This document shows positions 24,944 through 37,543 of a DNA stretch of 64,000 nt, piece by piece. The stretch is taken from assembly GCA_011109175.1 (NCBI GenBank), contig RDEW01000086.1, positions 9,707 to 73,706 on the forward strand, read 5' to 3'. The stretch comes from Dicyema japonicum (taxonomy: Eukaryota; Animalia; Dicyemida). The notes under the pieces are model-generated. The model had not been told where the DNA came from. It ran no database searches and worked only from the letters and a program-made list of their open reading frames with translations. Both the position numbers and the translations under genes were made by a program. Within the stretch, counting starts at the first letter, position 1; every line of letters begins with the position of its first letter.

Positions 24944-27900
24944 TCATAATAGTTTAAAAAGAATGAATAAACCTTGAAAACTAACAAAGATTATAAAAAT
25001 ATATTCTATCACCGTGGTGAATCTAACAAAAAATAATAAAATCCATGGAAGTCCTAAAATATATTTTAACTTTACCTGAAAAAATAAAAAGTGAAAATAA
25101 AATTTTGTTTTTAATCAAATTCATACTATTAGGTGTAGTAGTTTTTATAAATCCAGACATTAAAATAATGTATAATATTAAATTTAAAAGCAGACAGATT
25201 ATAATCGGACCAAGCAACCCCAAATAAAAGCCAAGTCCAGTAATCAAGCATTTCCCTTCGGAATAATATACATTTTTATTTATTATTAAAATCAAACCGA
25301 CGATGGAGAGTGGAATACCTAATTACAAATAAAACTAATATTAAACCCCAACTAAAAACAAATAATTTGACCTTCAAATATTTTATGTTGACTCCAATTA
25401 CTTTGTTAAATTTTAAATAATGGACATATGATATTGTGAACATCCATAAAAATTGAGACAAAATTCCATAGTGGAGTAAAACTCCAACTGTTACACACTC
25501 TAATAACTCTTTTCTGAAGAATAAATGATTCCAAAAATAAACACCATGTTCAACATCAAAATTGATGTTTTCAAATTAAGTAGAAGAATTTGAAAAATAG
25601 AATTCTTCAAAAGTCTAAAGTAAATAAATTTTACCAACTTAATTTTTAGTATAAATAAAATAAATGAAATTATTATAGCGACTGTGGAGAGAGAAATTCC
25701 AATTATTGTAATCACTGTAGTTGCATCATCTCTATTTTCAGAGTTAGTTATTGGACTCTAACGTGAAAATGATAATTACAAATAGAATAGCAAAACTCGT
25801 CAAATGCAGAGATTTACATCTATAAAACAGTCCAGAAATTTCTATTTCACCCATTTTCCCAAAGACAAGTTTTGCTGTTGTAAAATACACAATTTGGAAA
25901 TAACCCCTGTAATTAATTATGTTTTGATACATTATTTATATTTTCTATATAAAATGGAAGTATTGGAAATTTTAATATTAAAGATAAATTTTCAGATTCA
26001 GCGACGACCGAAACTTGTAAAGATTGTGGACTTAGTCCAATTGAAGGAGTTAATACGTTTTCATTGTGAAAAACCACGCGAACTCGATTAATATTTAAAG
26101 TTACTATTAGTAGAAACGTTAGTAGGAAATTCAATTTCAACAGAGACATTATTATTTGAAGAAATGTTTAAATTTCCCACTACTTTTTTATCGATGACTT
26201 CATATTTTAAACTACTATCTGGAGGAATAGCATTCACTAAATCAAAAATAGCTTTTCTTGCTTTAGACGCGGTATCATTTGATAGCTTATTAGTTGATTC
26301 AAGTAATACAAAAAATGTTGCAACAACTTCAGTATTCTAGTATTTTCATTTAAAATCAAAAACCTCATCGCTGTGATCCCTATTAATCAATTTATCTTAG
26401 AATCAAAAAATGACTAACTTGCTAATTTTTCTATTTTATAAGCAGGTTCGATAATTTTATCAAAAATTTGAATGTTTGATACACTTTCTCCATTTATCAA
26501 GTTATTTAAAAATTCGTTAACAAAATCATGTTTCGACTCAAATAAAACATCTGTAATATTTTCATTTGGTCTTTTGTTTCGTACAAGCTAAATTATTATT
26601 TCAAAATTTATAAACATATTATTTTCATTTATACAATTAGTATCATAAACAGAATTAGCTACATAAATACTTTCTGAATCATTTCTATTTTTAAAATAAT
26701 TTTCTATAATATTTTGTAATTTCTTTTTTAATTCTTCTTTTATAGTATCGTCTACAAAAATCTTAAATTGAGTATCATTAAAATTGAAGGCCATTATTTG
26801 GCAAATAGATATCTCTAAACTCAAAAAAGGTTTAGATCTTACATTATTAGGAAAATTTCTCTATTAGCATCATTAATCTAAAAGTTATGAAAATTTTACT
26901 TTTGTTTCAAATAAGTAATTTAAATTTCGCAAATAATATTCTTCCTCACTATATAAAATAGTTAATTTAAGACCTACGAATTAGTTATATCCATACAATG
27001 ATTCAATTCTCTTCTACCTGTACACCAGTCTAACGTTTCATCAATATTTGTATAATTATTTGAAATAGATGCTAATTTTTTAAATTTATAGTCGAATTCA
27101 ATAATTTTATCGAAAATTTGAAAGTTTGATACACTTTCTCCATTTATCAAGTTATTTAAAAATTCGTTAACAAAATCATGTTTCGACTCAAATAAAACAT
27201 CTGTAATATTTTCATTTGGTCTTTTGTTTCGTACAAGCTCAATTATCATTTCAAAATTTATAAACATATTATTTTCATTTATACAATTAGTATCATAAGC
27301 AGAATTAGCTACATAAATTATTATTGAAGAATTTCTATTTTTAAAATAATTTTCTAAAAGAGTTTGTAATTTCTTTCTTAATTCTTCTTTTATGGTATCG
27401 TTTACAAAAATCTTTAATTGAGCATTATTAAAATTGAAGGCCATTATTTGGCAAATAGATATCTCTAAACTCAAAAAAGGTTTTGATCTAATATTATTAA
27501 AGAAAATTTCTCTATTAGCATCATTAATCTAAAAATTATGAAAATTTTACTTTTGTTTCAAATAAGTAATTTAAATTTCGCAAATAATATTCTTCCTCAC
27601 TATATAAAATAGTTAATTTAAGACCTACGAATTAGTTATTTTTATACAATAATTCAATTTTCTTCTACCTGTACACCAGTTTAACGTTTCATCAATATTT
27701 GTATAATTATTTGAAATAGATGCTAATTTTTTAAATTTATACTCGAATTTAGTAATTTTAACGAATATTTGAAAGTTTGATACACTTTCTCCATTTATCA
27801 AGTTATTTAAAAATTCGTTAACAAAATCATGTTTCGACTCAAATAAAACATCTGTAATATTTTCATTTGGTCTTTTGTTTCGTACTAGCTCAATTATCAT

Positions 27901-29739
27901 TTCAAAATTTATAAACATATTATTTTCATTTATACAATTAGAATCATAAGCAGAATTAGCTACATAAATTATTTTTGAAGAATTTCTATTTTTTAAAAAA
28001 TTTTCTAAAAGAGTTTGTAATTTCTGTCTTAATTCTTCTTTTATGGTATCGTTTACAAAAATCTTAAATTGATTATCATTAAAATTATAGGTCATTATTT
28101 GGCAAATAGATGTATCTAAACTCAGAAATGATTTTGATCTTACATTATTAAGAAAATTTCTCTATTGGCATCATTAATCTAAATGTTATGAAAATTTTAC
28201 TTTTGTGTTATATAAGTAATTCAAATTTCGCAAATAATATTCTTCCTCACTATATAAAATAGTTAATTTAAGACCTATGAGTAACTTATATCCATACAAT
28301 AATTCAATTCTCTTGTACCTAGACACCAGTTTAACGTTTCATCAATGTTTGTATAATTATTTGAAATAGATGCTAATTTTTTAAATTTATACTCGAATTC
28401 AGTAATTTTATCAAATATTTGTAAGTTTGATACACTTCTTTTATCAATCAAATTATTAAAATATTCGTTAACGAAATCATCTATCGAGTTATATAAAATA
28501 TCTGTAATATTTTCATTTGGTCTTTCTTTCCTTAATTGATCAATTATATCTTCAAAATTTATAAACGTATTATTTTCATTTATACAATTAGAATCATAAA
28601 CAGAATTAGCAACATAAATAATTACTGAATCATTTCTATTTTTAAAATAATTTTCTATAATATTTTGTAATTTCTTTCTTAATTCTTCTTTTATGGTATC
28701 GTATACAAAAATCTTAAATTGAGTATCATTAAAATTGAAGGCCATTATTTGGCAAATAGATATCTCTAAACTCAAAAAAGGTTTAGATCTTACATTATCA
28801 TAGAAAATTTCTCTATTAGCATCATTAATCTAAAAGTTATGAAAATTTTACTTTAGTGCTATATAAGTAATTTAAATTTCGCAAATAATATTCATCTTCA
28901 CTATATAAAATAGTTAATTTAAGACCTACGAATTAGTTATATACATATAATAATTCAAATCTCTTCTAATTGTACACCAGTTTAACAATTTATCAATATT
29001 TGTGTAATTATTTGAAATAGATGCTATTTTTTTAAATTTATATTCGAATTTAGTAATTTTAACGTATATTTGCAAGTTTGATACACTTCCCTCATTAATC
29101 AAGTTATTTAAAAATTCGTTCACAAAATCATGTTTCGACTTAAATAAAACATCTGTAATATTTTCATTTGGTCTTTCGCCATATAAATGATCAATTATAT
29201 CTTTAAAATTTATAAACATATTATTTTCCTTTATACAATTAGGATCATAAGCAGAATTAGCAACATAAATTATTCTTATGCAGTTATCATCAAGTATAGG
29301 TTGTGGATTTGTGCCAATAGTAAAACAATTGTTAATTATGAGATACAATTTATTTTCTAATTTTTTATGTAGCAAAGCTATCATCAAATCTTCCAGACCA
29401 TTTGCTCTATATGAGAAGTTCATTATTTCACAAATACTTATTATTAAGTCAAAAAAATCTATGGAATCGATAGCATTGAATAACATTGTTTTATTACGAT
29501 TCTAAAAATTATGTAAACTTTACTGCATCGTTACATAACTCATCTAAATCTTCCAAAAATTTAGATGTTCTACTTAATGTGCCGATTAACTCTCTTAAAC
29601 CTATGAATAATTCATAATATATACAAGAATCTATTTCATCTTGAGCAAAGCACATGTTATACATGTCATTGATGATATAGGTAGGTTTACCAATTGAGAT
29701 TATTGAAATAGGTAACAACCAACATAAAAACATTAGCAT
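24944..29739 (-). CDS. Adhesion GPCR: signal peptide, about five tandem ~200-aa repeats, GAIN/GPS, secretin-family-like 7TM
   Basis: Signal peptide MLMFLCWLLPISIISIG. GAIN-like SPQSLQVSVVAESENLSLILKF. GPS NCVFY...W...HL|TSFAILF. TM1 TVITIIGISLSTVAIIISFILF; TM3 LLHYGILSQFLWMFTISYVHY; TM4 FVFSWGIPLSIVGLIL; ECL2 Cys (EGKCLI); TM5 GLLGPIIICLLLNLILY; TM6 FSGLPWIL; TM7 YIFIIFVSFQGLFILF. Many 22-29 nt introns. The exact C-terminus is uncertain; several 1-nt shifts and a TAG at 26588-26590. Confidence 0.9.
26400..29490 (-). repeat. Tandem array of about five 650-651-bp exon/intron units inside the adhesion GPCR
   Basis: Homologous positions at 26974, 27625, 28275 and 28926 (periods 651, 650, 651), plus a partial unit at about 26400-26920. 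Each full unit carries the same 29-nt and 22-nt introns (e.g. 27600-27628 and 27529-27550). Confidence 0.95.
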
Positions 29740-30454
29740 TATAAATTTAATTTTGGCCTTATATATAAATGTGAATTATATCGTGGAAATATGCTAATTT
29801 TACTTTCGAGCAAATTTTAGAACTTTCATTTAAACTTATATTTTCAATTCTAGCGACTTTAATTTGACGATCATCAAATAAAAAAATAAGATTGAAATCT
29901 ACGTTAAAAAAATCGAACAGTCCAATAAAATTCTGGCCTTGAGATTCCTTCTGTTGTTTAAAAGGCTCTGATTTGAGGCAATTTCAAATAAATAGATTGC
30001 TTAGGTTTAAATATAGAGAACCGTAAATTGTGACAGTTGATGAATATCATATAGGTCCAAAACCAAGATTATTTGGTTCAATGGATAAGATTTCTATATC
30101 AACTTGACTATTGAAAAGCCTAATTTGGCTACTTAACTGAAGATTAAATTTCAATTTTTATTATTCAAAAAATTAGATCACGACCTAAATAAAATTAACT
30201 AAAAGTTTATAAAATGATTAAATTTGATAACTTTAATATCTTTGTAAGAAGCGATTATAAACATCGACTAAAGCAAAACTCACTTACTACGGGAAAATCA
30301 GATGTGATCATAATAAGGCTATACAGCACTATATGAGTATATTCCGACAATTGGTTTCGTCACTGTGACTATCCTTCCATCTAGTAGACCTCAATATGAG
30401 TCATCTCTTTTTTGTTCTCATCCTCCTTCAATTTCTTCCCCACATAGAGTGACC

Positions 30455-32885
30455 CTTCAAGACACGGACGTGGGAAAAAAAACTTCCTTGACCATACTTG
30501 ACCATTTCTGCACGGCAAACAAACTGTTCTTGTGAAACACCGCATTCTCTCATCGTGCATGCCACATAACCACTTGTATGGGCGAACGAAGAAACCCAGA
30601 AGGAAAACTAGTCCCTATTTACAACCAAATTGAATATATTATATTTCGGATCAATGACAAACGCTCTCTTATAAACGCATGCTCATACGAAGGTTTAACA
30701 ACTGTCAGCGATCACAGAATGGTTATTTTCACCTTCAGCCTGGCGAAACATGGTATCAAACATAAGAAACATTACAAACAATAATAATGAGAATACAAGA
30801 AATGGATACGCAACGGGAAAACTGATCTCTCATCTAAACACAGTCAAAAATTAACAAAAACACCTCTGCTCTCATCTGAAGGACCAAACAGTAGGAATTT
30901 CGTGGGATCACACAAAGTATATAATAAACGATGCAGCAAGCCAGTACCTCGGCACGCGGGAGATGGCCAGTAAGGGTCGGACGACACATACAGAACTAGT
31001 AATGGAGTTAGCAAAGGAGTTAAAAGAAATCCATACAAAAAAAACTAATCGAAAAAGACAATAACAAGAGAAAAGTCTTTCAGGGGCAGAAAGACCAAAT
31101 CCGTAGAAAAATCAGGAGTCTGAACAAGACACTCCACCAAGAAGAATTTCTTCGCAAAATCAATGAAGTATCCAAACTAAACGATAATTCACATATGTAT
31201 ATGGCCGCTCGTTTACTACGCCACACAAACCGGAAGGAAAGAATAATCATCAAAGAAAAAAATGGCATGACATTACTGAATACTAATGAGTAAGCGGAAA
31301 TAATTGCAACACATTTTGAAAAGCTTTTTAATGTGACTACAGCAATCTCCCCCATTCAAAGAAAAGCCTAAACCCTTAAAAGAACCAATTTCAATTTTGG
31401 AAGTAAAAACAGCATGTCAAAAACTAAAAAATAACAGAAGCCCTGGACCAGATACGATAAACCCTGAATTACTGAACTACGGGCCTGACCCCCTTTTTGA
31501 AAAAATCGCTACACTACTAAATGAAATGTTTTCAACTAACTCAACCTTGCCCCTGGGAACGGGATTACTAATACCTATACAAAAACCCAATAAACCCAAA
31601 GGACCGGTTGAAAACTTACGACCTATTATATTATCAAATTCTCTACGGAAAGTCTTAGCTAACATTGTATTGGAACGAATAAAAGGACCCGCCTATGAAT
31701 ACCTACCCGAAAGTCAAAGTGGGTTCAGAGAAGGAAGATTAACAGCTGATGCAGTCTGGAGTCACAGATAAAGATGTGCAACACATCAAAGATATTGCAA
31801 TGCCATCCAAATTCTGGGAATACATCTATCAAAAGCCTTTGGCTCGGTTAACAGGAAAAAATTGATGACAGTGCTGGAAGGGTTTATTTACGAATCGAGT
31901 CCAAGAATGATTCAAATCCTTCTATCTAACACACAACTCCTTGTGAGAGTTGGAAAAACCTACTCAAGAAAATTTGAAACAAACACAGGCACTCCTCAAG
32001 GAGATTCCCTCTCTCCCCTACTATTCACAATATACTTGGAGGCCGCTATGAGGGAACTGAGACCATCATATCAAGGAAAAATAGAAGAAGTGATTTATGC
32101 AGAAGATTTCGACCTAATTTCTGTAGACAAAGAACTCCTGGAGCATGTACTAGAAAAAGCACCAGATATACTTGGGAAATGGTTTCTCACCGTGAACAGG
32201 GAAAACACAGAACGGACAGAAATAAGACGAATGAACAACTCACTCGAAGAAAAATGGAGACACATAAAGATACTTGGCTCACTACTAGGAGATAGCGAAG
32301 ACATCATACGGAGAAAAACATTGGCAAATGCGGCATTACTTGGCTAAACGGAAAGGATATAACATAAAACAAAGGATTATGTTATACGACACTTTCATCA
32401 AACCAATTCTACTATACAACTCTGGGACCTGGGCCACCTCTAAAAAGGAATTGGAGTGGCTAGACTCATTTCACAGGAATCATTTAAGAAACATAACTGG
32501 AATGTCCTGGCCATCCAAGATCTCGCGGAATGGACTGTACAATAAGTGTGACTGTATACCATTAAGCCACGATTAGCTCTCGTTGGAGACTTTTTGGACA
32601 CGTCCTGAGGTTGGACCCGATATCCCTTCCGAATATAGCAATGGAAGATTACTACTCCTCCAATGTAAAACGCTTTCGTGGAAGACCGAGAACTACCCTC
32701 CCGGTTGTTCTACAAAACGATCTGAAAGCCGTGAAGAAAACATTGGCATCTGGTGACGATCTGGACTTACTGAGTGACCTAGCAAAGAACAGAAGAGCTT
32801 GAACCAACCTAACTAATTCTCTTATATTTTTTGCTGCACATGCGGGGCTATAAAAATTATGGCTCTCGTGAAAGTGCTAATAATA
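30455..32885 (+). mobile_element. RTE-like LINE, 5'-truncated, with 11-bp TSD
   Basis: End of APE domain (SDHRMV); RT motifs KNNRSPGPD, NLRPIILSN, SQSGFREGR, GTPQGDSLSPLLF, IYAED; C-terminal FRGRPRTTLP; (TAA)n tail. TSD atagagtgacc at 30444-30454 and 32886-32896. Confidence 0.93.
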
Positions 32886-33145
32886 ATAGAGTGACCTCTG
32901 TTGGCTGTTGCCATTCGATTAACTACTTGTTTCATTCACTTGAATGAATCTATATTAACGAAAGAGATTAAGCAAGGTAAGAAACTGTAGAACACCATAG
33001 TTCCTATTCAGTCCATAATCCATTTTTATTCAAGTTAGCTGTAAAAGGACAATGGTATTCTTGCAGAATGAGATGATCCCCATCTGAAAAACTATAAATA
33101 TGATAATTTATTTTAAAAACAATTAAAATTTTTAAAGGTAATAAT

Positions 33146-34906
33146 TAGGGCAAGTTGTTTTTAGCAGTTAAAAAAATTTTTAGCGCTAAAAAATCACAAA
33201 ATCTAGCAATTATAATTATAAAAATTAGCACTTAAAATGATAAAATCTAGCATTTAAAATTGTAAAATCTATAACTTAAAATAATAAAATATAACATGTA
33301 AATTTTATTTATTGTAATATAATAAACTGTAATGCTTGATATTGTCTGGATGGAAGTTTTTTAAATATTTTTTAGCATTTTAATAGCTCTTTCAACAGAT
33401 GCAGAGGATGCCTGACTGCGTGTAAGAGAAAAATAATTTTGTTGGCTAATTTTTGGTTCAGTCATTTCAATAATAGGTTTAAATCCATCTTCCTCCATTC
33501 TTTTATTTATATAATTTTTGATATTTGCCTTGTCATTATCAAAATGTAGTCCTTGTATATTATAATATGCCCGATTGATTGAGTAGTCACAACATTCCGA
33601 AAGTTTAAGAAGATCTATTATTTGCGAATAATTTAATATGATTTCCGTTAATTGAAACTTAATATCCGGATTGTTGATATGATGTTTAGCATTTGATACT
33701 AAAACTCCATCTGACTGAAATGCGTTAACAATTTCAAAAATTATTTCAAAATTCATGAAATAATATTTCACTGCTTGAAACCAACTTCCCCATCTGCATA
33801 AATTAAGCAAAAGAATACCTAGTAACTACCACATCAGTGGGTATCCAACATCCTTGAACAAATTACGACGTTTTCGGTTTTTAACTGTAGCAGCTTTAAT
33901 GCTTGCAATTAAACCATCTATTTCCGGATATGCACACTTTATACGTAAAATTGTATTGTGTAACAAATGAGAAACACACGTCACATGATGCATGTTGTTA
34001 TACATGACCATTAATGTTTTACCACCTATTTATTTAAATAAATTTATATCACCAGAAATCATATAAGGAGCGGCATCTGAAATTAGTAGATAAAAATTGT
34101 CACGAATAATCTTCATTTCTCTAATGACGTCATCTATTAATTGGCAGATGATAGCAACAGTGGCATGATTTTCCAGTGTTTTGCATTCAACCAAATAGGA
34201 TTTTGTTGGAAAGCGAATGCTCCCAATTAGAATCACTACAAAACTTTTCCTTCGGATATCTGTTTCATCAATTATTATAAAAATCTTTTCGTTTCTAAAA
34301 GTTAAAAATAAATTTTAATACGTTAATAATTTTGTCAACTCATTTATCTTTTTTTCTGCAAGAAACTTGACCGTAGTTCTGCATGAAAATTCGGACGGAA
34401 GTTAATGTTGTTTGAACTTAATTACATGAATGACCTACAATTGTATTAACAAATTTATACGCATATTGTTCTGATGTTTTAAAGAACGATGAGAATCAAC
34501 TGAAAATTTTTTTGAACAGTTGACTTTGGATAAACAAAGAGAACAAAATAGAAGGCCATCGTCAGCAGTACAAAACTCATCTTTGAATTCCGAGACTATA
34601 CGCTTAGCTTTCTTAAGCAACGAACACGTGGGTTTTGGCATCACTAAAAATACTATATAGCGTGCTAAATTATTTTATTTAAATTATTTTATTATCATTT
34701 TATGGGTGATATTAAAATGATTTTTTAAATGCAATTTAAATTAGCATTTAAAAAAAAGTTAGCATTTAAAATTAAAAAAAGCACTTATAGCATTTATAAT
34801 GTATGTTCTTTTTTAATAAAATTAAAAAATAATTATTCCAAATTCAATTTTATATTAAAATAAGTATAAAAAATAAAAATAGCATTTTAGCACTTAAATT
34901 GCCCTA
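33146..34906 (-). mobile_element. hAT DNA transposon with intact TIRs and 8-bp TSD; frameshifted transposase
   Basis: TIRs tagggcaa / ttgcccta; TSD gtaataat at 33138-33145 and 34907-34914; subterminal aaaatctagca-like repeats. Transposase pieces: BED-like FCSLCLSKV...SH..KH, IIIDETD, ISDAAPYM, CVSHLLHN, SASVERAI. Confidence 0.92.
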
Positions 34907-35399
34907 GTAATAATACTCATGGTCATTCAAAAATATTTCACTTTGCGAGAGAGTTCAGTATCGATTGTGATATGAGCAAAAATACTGAGAACGTGTTTTT
35001 TGTGAGGTTCGCTTTCTAAAAATTAAAAAGGCCACTTATAAAAGTCATCTGTTTTGGGATTAATTCATCCTTAACTATTTGTTGACATAACTCGTGGTCA
35101 AAAGATAGGTTTTGAAGCAATTTGAGAACAGATCTTCGTTTGTGGAAGGAAAATTGTTTCCAAATTAACCATAATTGCCGTCCATTGCTAAAATAATTGA
35201 GATATTAAACCATGTCGTTGATTGCATCTGCAAAAATACTGAGTTTTTATTAGGAAAATACGATGACAATAAGCAGGTCGGATCCTGATCTAGTGAGGGA
35301 CCGAATAAGCAGCCCGACGATGTTCTTGCTGTGCATTTTCATATCCACCTTCAAATCCTCAGCGAGATTCAACAGAAAAAAAGTGACTAAGAATCTTGC

Positions 35400-35660
35400 G
35401 GAATTTTCGAATTTCGCATGAAATTTGAGGCGGTAGTGAGACATCTCCCTGATTGGAAAACAACCGGGGTCGATAAAGTTTATAATATCTTTATCAAAAG
35501 ATGCACTTCATTGCACGAGTCTATGTGTCGTGTATTACAGAAAAGCATCACTACCCTAGAAACGATTTCTGATTGGGCATGCACAGGGAAAACTTATTTG
35601 ATCCCAAAGCTGGACAACCCCAGTCTGCTGCAGATTATCGACCGATTACCTGCATGCCAA
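35400..35660 (+). mobile_element. Non-LTR RT fragment (R4/Dong-like)
   Basis: HLPDWKTTGVDKVYNIFIK...GKTYLIPK resembles the RT N-terminal region of that clade. Confidence 0.45.
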
Positions 35661-35669
35661 CCCTGTATA

Positions 35670-37543
35670 AGTGACTAGCTTTTATTTTTTATACTTTTTT
35701 AAATATACAATTGAATTTTGAATAATTATTTTTTAATTTTGGTTAAAAAACATACATTATAAATGCTATATAGTGCTATTTTTAATTTTTAAATGCTAAT
35801 TTAAATTGCAGTTAATAATGTGTTTACGGAATTCCGAAATTCGCGGGAGCACTCCTTTGGCTGAATAACAACAGAGCAGCTGGCTATGACAATATTTGTG
35901 GGGAGTTTGTTAAAATACGCACCAACCCAGCTAGCAGAAAAGATAACTTTCATATTCAACGAGATATTCAGGACTCATTGTTCAATTGACATCGCGATGG
36001 GAGTTCTACTTCCTTTACAAAAACCTGGCAAACCTGCAGGTCCAATTGAAAATTTTCAAGCCGATCGTGCTTTTGACCACTTTGCGAAAATATTGTCGAT
36101 TACAACATTGAATCGAATATCAAATTCAGATGACCAATACTTGTCACCAAGTCAAAGCGGATTCAGACCAGGAAAATCAACTGCTGATATAGTATTGGAG
36201 TCATCGTTAGCTTACGACAATATGTAAGAAGTACATTAAAAACAATATATACTCTGGGAGTCGACTAATCAAAAGCATTCGACTGTGTCTGCCGAGATAA
36301 ACTATTGCAAGCTCTCAAGGACATAATTGATGAGGACTGTTTGATGATTGTGCGTTTTTTGCTGGCTGACACGAGCCTGATAGTGAAAGTGGGGAAGGGC
36401 TATTCGGAAATATTAACGACCGGCATTGGTATTTCGCAAGGGGACTCGCTTTCGCCAGTTCTCCTTGCAATCTATTTGGAAGCTGCGTTGAGGAACGTTA
36501 GGAAAGAATTAGGTCACTTAAATAATCATTTTGTTGAATTAATGTATGCAGATGACATCGATTTTGTGTCTGAGGTTGTGGTGGTAATAAGAACTGTAAT
36601 AGATAAAGCCACAACAGTTCTGGAGAGGTGGTCTTTGAAGATCAATTCAGAAAACGGAGTTAACTTCGATTCAGCGGTTACCGACACGGATTGATAAGAA
36701 ATGGAAGTTTACTAAAAGGCTCGGCTCGTTTTTGGGTGATGCTGAGGACATTGCTCGCAGAAAGATGTTGGCATCGTGTGCACTGAAAAGATGTGAGTAT
36801 TTGGACTCGCAGAAAACTTATCGCCTTACATCTTCGGATGTGCTTATATAGCGCGTTCATACAACCAGTCCTATTATATAACTCGGGAACATGGGGAACA
36901 TCAAAAACGGACCGTGACTGACTAGACACATTTCATAGAAATCAATTGAGAAAAATTGCGGGAATTAAATGGCCACAGATTATCAAAAAAGACACTCTCT
37001 ACAAATTATGTAAATGCAGACCGATAAGCAGATAAGTAATTACCTCACGCTGGCGACTTATCGGACATGTTCTGAGAATGGACGAAGTGATTCCTTGCAA
37101 TCAAATGATGGAAGAATACTATTATACAAAGGACTACATTTTGATAATGACAAGGCAAATATCAAAAATTATATAAATAAAAGAATGGAGGAAAATGGAT
37201 TTAAACTTATTATTGAAATGACCGAACCAAAAATTAGCCAACAAGATTATTTTTCTCTTTCACGCTGTCAGGTATCCTATGCATCTGTTGAAAGAGCTAT
37301 TAAAATGCTAAAAAATATATTTAAAAAAGATAGGAACTTCCATCCAGACAATATCAGGCATTAACTTTTATTATATTACAATAAATAAAATTTAAATGTT
37401 ATTTTTATTTTAAGTTATAGATTTGACAATTTAAATGCTAGATTTTATCATTTTAAGTGCTAACTTTTTTAATTATAATTGCTAGATTTTGTGATTTTTT
37501 AGCGCTAAAAAAATTTTTTTAAGTGCTAGAAACAACTTGCCCT
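35670..37543 (+). mobile_element. Second, inverted copy of the hAT element; most of its interior is occupied by an RTE insertion
   Basis: 35680-35820 is the reverse complement of about 34730-34890; 37120-37543 is the reverse complement of 33146-33560 and includes the TIR caacttgcccta. Confidence 0.8.
35860..37100 (+). mobile_element. Degenerate RTE-like RT nested in hAT copy 2
   Basis: LQKPGKPAGP, SQSGFRPGKST, GISQGDSLSPVLL, LMYADDIDF, VLLYNSGTW. Confidence 0.85.

Noticed and set aside
810-26590. In-frame stops in conserved genes (TAA 810-812, TAA 4016-4018, TAG 26588-26590) as evidence of stop-codon reassignment
   Set aside because: TRPN has roughly 1,500 codons with no in-frame stop once frameshifts are corrected, and genes end in TAA or TAG. 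The 4016 stop can lie in a 26-nt intron, and the others are single-base differences in an error-prone sequence.
26400-29490. Tandem repeats as a CRISPR array or satellite
   Set aside because: The 650-bp units are protein-coding exons with introns, not short repeats with unique spacers, and the DNA is eukaryotic.
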